A stretch of DNA of 64,000 nucleotides from Desulfurococcales archaeon (GTDB lineage Archaea; Thermoproteota; Thermoprotei_A; Sulfolobales; AG1). Of this stretch, positions 59,692 to 64,000 are shown one piece after another. The translations under genes and the position numbers were made by a program. Location: positions 722 through 64,721 of the forward strand of contig WANO01000038.1 in the NCBI GenBank assembly GCA_015521765.1. The letters run 5' to 3'. Position 1 is the first letter of the stretch. Every line of letters begins with the position of its first letter. The notes under the pieces are model-generated. The model saw nothing but the letters and a program-made list of their open reading frames with translations, had not been told where the DNA came from and ran no database searches.

Positions 59692-60363
59692 ATGAGGAGC
59701 GCTGGATATATGTACAGAGATGTTAGGAGTGGTGAAAGCAATCTTCTAGGATCAGTTATCGCTGGAATATCACTATTCATAATGAGCCTAATATTCATGC
59801 TAACATACGACATGCTAACAGTCGTGCATGATACAATAACTAAACCTGTAGAGAGGAAGATTGCCGGTAGAGGAGAAACCGCTAATGAAGAGCTGTGGTC
59901 CCTTATTCTAACTACTGTTGATGGGAGAAAGGTATCTATGTCTTCCCTGAAAAACAGGATCCTTATATTCTGGCTTACAGCAACCTGGTGTGAGGAGTGT
60001 ATAGCTACTGGGAGATATATCGCTGATTTAATCGATAAGTATAGCGATCTGGATATATCTGTTATAGTTGTTGGTGTATGGACAGCTGAGGATGTTAAAG
60101 AGAATATAGGTAAGGGTATCGTTGGTGTTTATCCGCCTGATTCCTCGGTTAAGCTGAGTAAGTACATTAAGAGGCTTGGCGGCTACACATGGTATGGTGT
60201 AATGGATTATGGGAAGGAGCTTAGAAGAATTCTTGGGGTATATGAGATAAACAGTTTTGTTGTTATAGGTAGAGATGGAGAGATCATGTATAGAGGTAAG
60301 GGCATTGATGATCTTGTAGTGTTTGAATATTTAATTCTGAAGAATATAGATAAATTAAGGTAA
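59692..60363 (+). CDS. Membrane-anchored TlpA/redoxin-like thiol-disulfide protein
   Basis: N-terminal TM helix; ATWCEEC motif. Confidence 0.78.
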   Translation: MRSAGYMYRDVRSGESNLLGSVIAGISLFIMSLIFMLTYDMLTVVHDTITKPVERKIAGRGETANEELWSLILTTVDGRKVSMSSLKNRILIFWLTATWCEECIATGRYIADLIDKYSDLDISVIVVGVWTAEDVKENIGKGIVGVYPPDSSVKLSKYIKRLGGYTWYGVMDYGKELRRILGVYEINSFVVIGRDGEIMYRGKGIDDLVVFEYLILKNIDKLR

Positions 60364-60418
60364 GCTATTTGTCGCGTTAAGCTAACCTATAAGCTACCCA
60401 CACCTGGAGGTGGTGGTT

Positions 60419-61438
60419 ATGGCTGTTAAATGCTCTAGATGCGGTAAGCCTGCTGTTGCTGAGATCAGATATACTAGATCTAGATTATGTAGAGAGCACC
60501 TCATAGAGTTTATCGAGCGGAGATTTAGGAAAGGCAATGAGGAGTTTAAGGTGTTTAAGAATATTAGGAGAATAGTTGCGGCTGTCTCAGGTGGGAAAGA
60601 CAGTTTAGCTATGCTCTATCTACTCCATAGATTTTCTAGTGTCTATGGCTATGAGATTATTGGGTTGACTATAGATCTTGGTATAGATCGCGGTAAGGAG
60701 TACTCTACAAAAAGCGTTGAGGCTGCTGTAGAGAGCTTTAAGAAGCTGGACATAGAGTATGTGGTTGTTGACTTGAGCAGGGAGTATGGATATACTATAG
60801 ATTTCATTAGGGATAGAGGTAGGAGGCTGGGTATAAGAAGGCCCGTATGTTCTGTCTGTGGTATAACTAAGAGATATATAATGAATAGATTCGCTCTAGA
60901 GCTTGGAGCCGATGCCGTAGCTACTGGACATAATCTAAATGATCTTGCACAGTTCATATTCACCAATATGTATGGTGGGCATATAGACGAGCTAATAAAG
61001 ATGTATCCAAAGTTGCCAGGTGGTAATGGGTTTACCGCGAAGATTAAGCCTGTTTTCATGCTGTATGAGAAGGAGACAACCCTATATTCGATTCTCAATA
61101 ATATAAGGTTCCATCACGACACCTGCCCCCATCTAGAGAACGGTATAGGCGGTAGGTTCCAAACAGCCATAAGGGAGAAGCTTGAGCAACTGGAGGAGGA
61201 GTTTCCTGGATTCATGCTCAACTATGTTTTAACCTATATGAGGAGGATAAGGCCCCTTATGGTTAGTGGTTCAAGCATGGGTGGCGATGGTGATGGGGAT
61301 AGTGGTGAGAAGATTTCTGTGGGTAGATGCAGGATCTGCGGTATGCCTAGCTTAAGGGATGTATGCGCGTTCTGCAGTATTAGGAGTAGAGTCTCCTTGA
61401 AGGTTTCTGAAACTATATCTAGGTCTAGAGGTGATTAA
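60419..61438 (+). CDS. ttuA: tRNA 2-thiolation protein (TtuA/Ncs6 family)
   Basis: N- and C-terminal Zn fingers, SGGKDS PP-loop, CSVCG and TGHNLND. Confidence 0.9.
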   Translation: MAVKCSRCGKPAVAEIRYTRSRLCREHLIEFIERRFRKGNEEFKVFKNIRRIVAAVSGGKDSLAMLYLLHRFSSVYGYEIIGLTIDLGIDRGKEYSTKSVEAAVESFKKLDIEYVVVDLSREYGYTIDFIRDRGRRLGIRRPVCSVCGITKRYIMNRFALELGADAVATGHNLNDLAQFIFTNMYGGHIDELIKMYPKLPGGNGFTAKIKPVFMLYEKETTLYSILNNIRFHHDTCPHLENGIGGRFQTAIREKLEQLEEEFPGFMLNYVLTYMRRIRPLMVSGSSMGGDGDGDSGEKISVGRCRICGMPSLRDVCAFCSIRSRVSLKVSETISRSRGD

Positions 61439-61441
61439 TAA

Positions 61442-61651
61442 TTGAGAGTTAAGGTTAGGTTGATTCGCGAGAATCGAGTTGTTGATATTGATCTTCCTAA
61501 TGGTTCTAGAGTATCCGATCTATTGAAGAAACTCAATCTCAGATCAGTGAGCCATATAGTCATTAAGAATGGAGAACCTATACCTGAGAGCTATCAACTT
61601 GCTGATGGGGACGAGGTAGAGGTTCTTCCAGTGGTTTCTGGTGGCTTATAG
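61442..61651 (+). CDS. Ubiquitin-like sulfur carrier (MoaD/ThiS/SAMP/TtuB family)
   Basis: Beta-grasp signature NGE...DGDEVEVLPVVSGG, followed by Leu. Confidence 0.9.
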   Translation: MRVKVRLIRENRVVDIDLPNGSRVSDLLKKLNLRSVSHIVIKNGEPIPESYQLADGDEVEVLPVVSGGL

Positions 61652-61739
61652 GTTAGTTGAGCATCAATAAATTTATTTAAGAAATTTATTAAGTGTATAG
61701 TTAATATATTTAAATACTGAGGTGGCATGGTGATTTAAT

Positions 61740-62072
61740 ATGTCGTATGAAAGGTTAGATAAAGAATCTATAAGAAGGATCTTAAGGGAGAATAAGGTAT
61801 ATGGATGGAGATTCGGTAGAGGGAGTGTCGATAAGATCTATAAAACATATAAGTTCAAGAACTTTGTTGAAGCCGTTGAGTTCCTCAATAAGGTGAAGGA
61901 TGTAGCCGAAGAAATGGAGCATCATCCAGATATATGTATATTCAATTATAATCTAGTTAGGGTAGCGCTAATGACCCACGATATAGGAGGGTTATCCAGG
62001 TTTGATGCGGAGCTGGCCATCAAGATTGAGGAGATATATAGATCTCTAAAAAGCGCCAGTAAAGAATCCTAG
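61740..62072 (+). CDS. Pterin-4a-carbinolamine dehydratase
   Basis: FKNF, AEEMEHHPD and THDIGGLS motifs. Confidence 0.9.
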   Translation: MSYERLDKESIRRILRENKVYGWRFGRGSVDKIYKTYKFKNFVEAVEFLNKVKDVAEEMEHHPDICIFNYNLVRVALMTHDIGGLSRFDAELAIKIEEIYRSLKSASKES

Positions 62073-62884
62073 AACATTAGGGTTAAGAAGGCTTTTAATC
62101 CCTGCTCTAATGCTTCACCTATCAACGGGTATAGCGCTACTGAAATCAGCATAAAGGCTATAAATGGTATTCCCCAGCTCACGGCGATTAGAGTATTTGA
62201 ATCGATAGCCCCAGACTTAATCATTGATTCAAACTCCTTCTTATACTCCTCCGGTTCCTCATCTATAAGAAACGATGTTCTGCACTCCCAACTTACACTA
62301 CCTCCAGAAGCCGTGTCGTCAGGATTGCTTTTTGAGGTGTAGATAGGATACATGAGAGGGAAATAATGTTTCTTCGATAGGTACTTCTCTATGCTCATGA
62401 TCCTTGATGTCGATATTATGATAAATGATCTGAGTCCTGAGCCACATATCCTTCTGACCATACTGTAGTGCCTTAGATTAATTATGGTTAGGGGGATCAT
62501 AGATCCGAACACTATCGAGAGATTAGATATTAGGAGGATCATGATTGAGGGAGGGATAAGAGCATCCCTGGAAAACGGTTCAGTTATGAGTAGCGATATA
62601 GCTAGCAATGCGAAAAAATCAGCGAAACCAATGAGTCCCTGAAAAGCTAATATGGCGATCATAAGTGGAGCCAGCAGGTTTATCGCTAAATAGATCGCGT
62701 CCAGCTCACCGAAATATATTTTTACCGCTGAAATCACTATCCCGATTACGATGAACGGGATCCATAATCTTGGATCTATCTCTCTAGACTTGATATCCAT
62801 ATATGATGCCACAGACAGCATGGCTAGTGAAGCCGCGTAACCTATATAATCTATATTGTCTATTGCGATCATCAAAATCAACAC
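62069..62884 (-). CDS. A24 prepilin/prearchaellin peptidase (PibD-like)
   Basis: DIKSREI, GFAD and WGIPFI motifs; multi-TM. Confidence 0.85.
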   Translation of the reverse strand: MLILMIAIDNIDYIGYAASLAMLSVASYMDIKSREIDPRLWIPFIVIGIVISAVKIYFGELDAIYLAINLLAPLMIAILAFQGLIGFADFFALLAISLLITEPFSRDALIPPSIMILLISNLSIVFGSMIPLTIINLRHYSMVRRICGSGLRSFIIISTSRIMSIEKYLSKKHYFPLMYPIYTSKSNPDDTASGGSVSWECRTSFLIDEEPEEYKKEFESMIKSGAIDSNTLIAVSWGIPFIAFMLISVALYPLIGEALEQGLKAFLTLMF

Positions 62885-62962
62885 AGGGATCTAATTAAAC
62901 CAATCAGATAGACAAGTCGAAAACCGTGATTATCTGGTGCTACCTATATTATCTATCCTGAT

Positions 62963-64000
62963 CTACTCAGCTATATCGCTTATACCCTCCTCGGTAATTA
63001 TGAATACAGCCTCGCCCTCTGGTAGGTGTGGCGCATCTATAACTCTGGCGATTCTTCTATTACCTCTGCTCTTCCTTAGCTGAACCCTAACGCCTGGAGC
63101 GTGGCCGAGAACATGGCCTCCCACAGCTACTGTTGGATCTCCATAGAACACATCAGGCCTGGCCATCACCTGGTTGGTGACGACGACAGCTATATTATAT
63201 ACCTCCGCTAATGTCTGGAGTTGGTGAAGATGCTTATTGAGTTTCTGCTGTCTAACGGCTAGATTCTCTCTCCCGGGGTACTCGGCTCTGAAGTGCCCTG
63301 TAACTGAGTCCACAACCACTAGCTTTATATTTCTTTCGGGTATCATTGTTCTTAGCTCTTCCACGATCGCCATCTGGTGATCGCTGTTTATCGCCCTTAT
63401 ATAGTATATGCGATCCATGGCCTCATCCGGATCTAGACCCTTCGCCCTGCTCATCATCTCGATCCTCTCCCACCTGAATGTACCCTCAGTATCTATATAT
63501 ACGGCCGATCCGTTTAACCCTCCTTGATCTGGTGGAAGCTGGACATTCACAGATAGCTGGTGCCCAAGTTGCGTGTTGTGTAGAATTGTGGGAGCTGAAC
63601 CACCTATGAAGTTTCTGTATTTTGGAACCGTTATATCGTATACATAGCTGTTGTAGCTTATCCTATATATCGATGCTACCTTATCCCGATATATGCCTGA
63701 TTCTTGGTCATTTCTCCTGAATCTAACCACATATATTCTCTCGTCCTCTCTATATATGCCTGATATATAGCCGGCTAGATGAGCTATATAGGATAAAGCC
63801 GTAGCTTTATTGTAGCTATCTGTCGGGATCTGCCTGTCTCTTAGCTGGTATCCTGATCCTTCTATATAGCCGATCATATAGGATCTGAATACGTCAGGAT
63901 CCAATCCGAGACCGTATATGGAGTCAGCGACATACCTACCTTCTGAAGCGATCATGAATCCTCTGGAATATGCATGATTATAGATCATAGACTTCTCAGT
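62963..64000 (-). CDS. radA: RadA recombinase, intein-containing, 5' part outside the window
   Basis: [40 protein letters not shown] and GGHVLGH; frame open to 64000. Confidence 0.96.
   Translation of the reverse strand, partial: TEKSMIYNHAYSRGFMIASEGRYVADSIYGLGLDPDVFRSYMIGYIEGSGYQLRDRQIPTDSYNKATALSYIAHLAGYISGIYREDERIYVVRFRRNDQESGIYRDKVASIYRISYNSYVYDITVPKYRNFIGGSAPTILHNTQLGHQLSVNVQLPPDQGGLNGSAVYIDTEGTFRWERIEMMSRAKGLDPDEAMDRIYYIRAINSDHQMAIVEELRTMIPERNIKLVVVDSVTGHFRAEYPGRENLAVRQQKLNKHLHQLQTLAEVYNIAVVVTNQVMARPDVFYGDPTVAVGGHVLGHAPGVRVQLRKSRGNRRIARVIDAPHLPEGEAVFIITEEGISDIAE
63575..64000 (-). mobile_element. Intein (C-terminal part) in the RadA Walker A motif with degenerate LAGLIDADG-type domain
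   Basis: [24 protein letters not shown] splice junction; [10 protein letters not shown] block. Confidence 0.9.

Noticed and set aside
1..64000. CRISPR array, rRNA, IS element or provirus
   Set aside because: No regularly spaced repeats, rRNA-like tract, transposase or integrase motif recognised

Overview
Gene-dense chromosomal segment from a thermophilic archaeon, most likely a crenarchaeote of the class Thermoprotei. This is inferred from GAT-QueC, CarS, L7Ae, deoxyhypusine synthase, TFS, RadA, archaeal TATA promoters and BHB-type tRNA introns. It holds about 55 CDS and three tRNAs: Asp-GUC with two introns, Gly-CCC and Ser-GCU. Main blocks: (1) tRNA-modification genes (gat-queC/queE, sua5, ttuA plus a ubiquitin-like carrier, and a distant E1); (2) a large peptide uptake and catabolism region (two DppBC pairs, a giant stalked binding protein, four S9 peptidases, an M29 aminopeptidase, an oxoprolinase/hydantoinase pair); (3) a cobinamide-salvage operon (cobT-cbiZ/cobZ-cobY-cobD-cobS-cbiB); (4) merA; (5) the 3' part of an intein-containing radA. 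No CRISPR array, rRNA or intact transposase was seen. The most notable observations are a candidate SD-sequestering pseudoknot leader upstream of the archaeosine genes, a double-intron tRNA-Asp that appears to need ordered splicing, a dockerin-bearing alkaline phosphatase flanked by 13-bp direct repeats, a RadA P-loop intein with a degenerate endonuclease, cobS without a canonical start codon, and a ubiquitin-like protein with a masked diglycine. All calls are by eye; no database searches were run.
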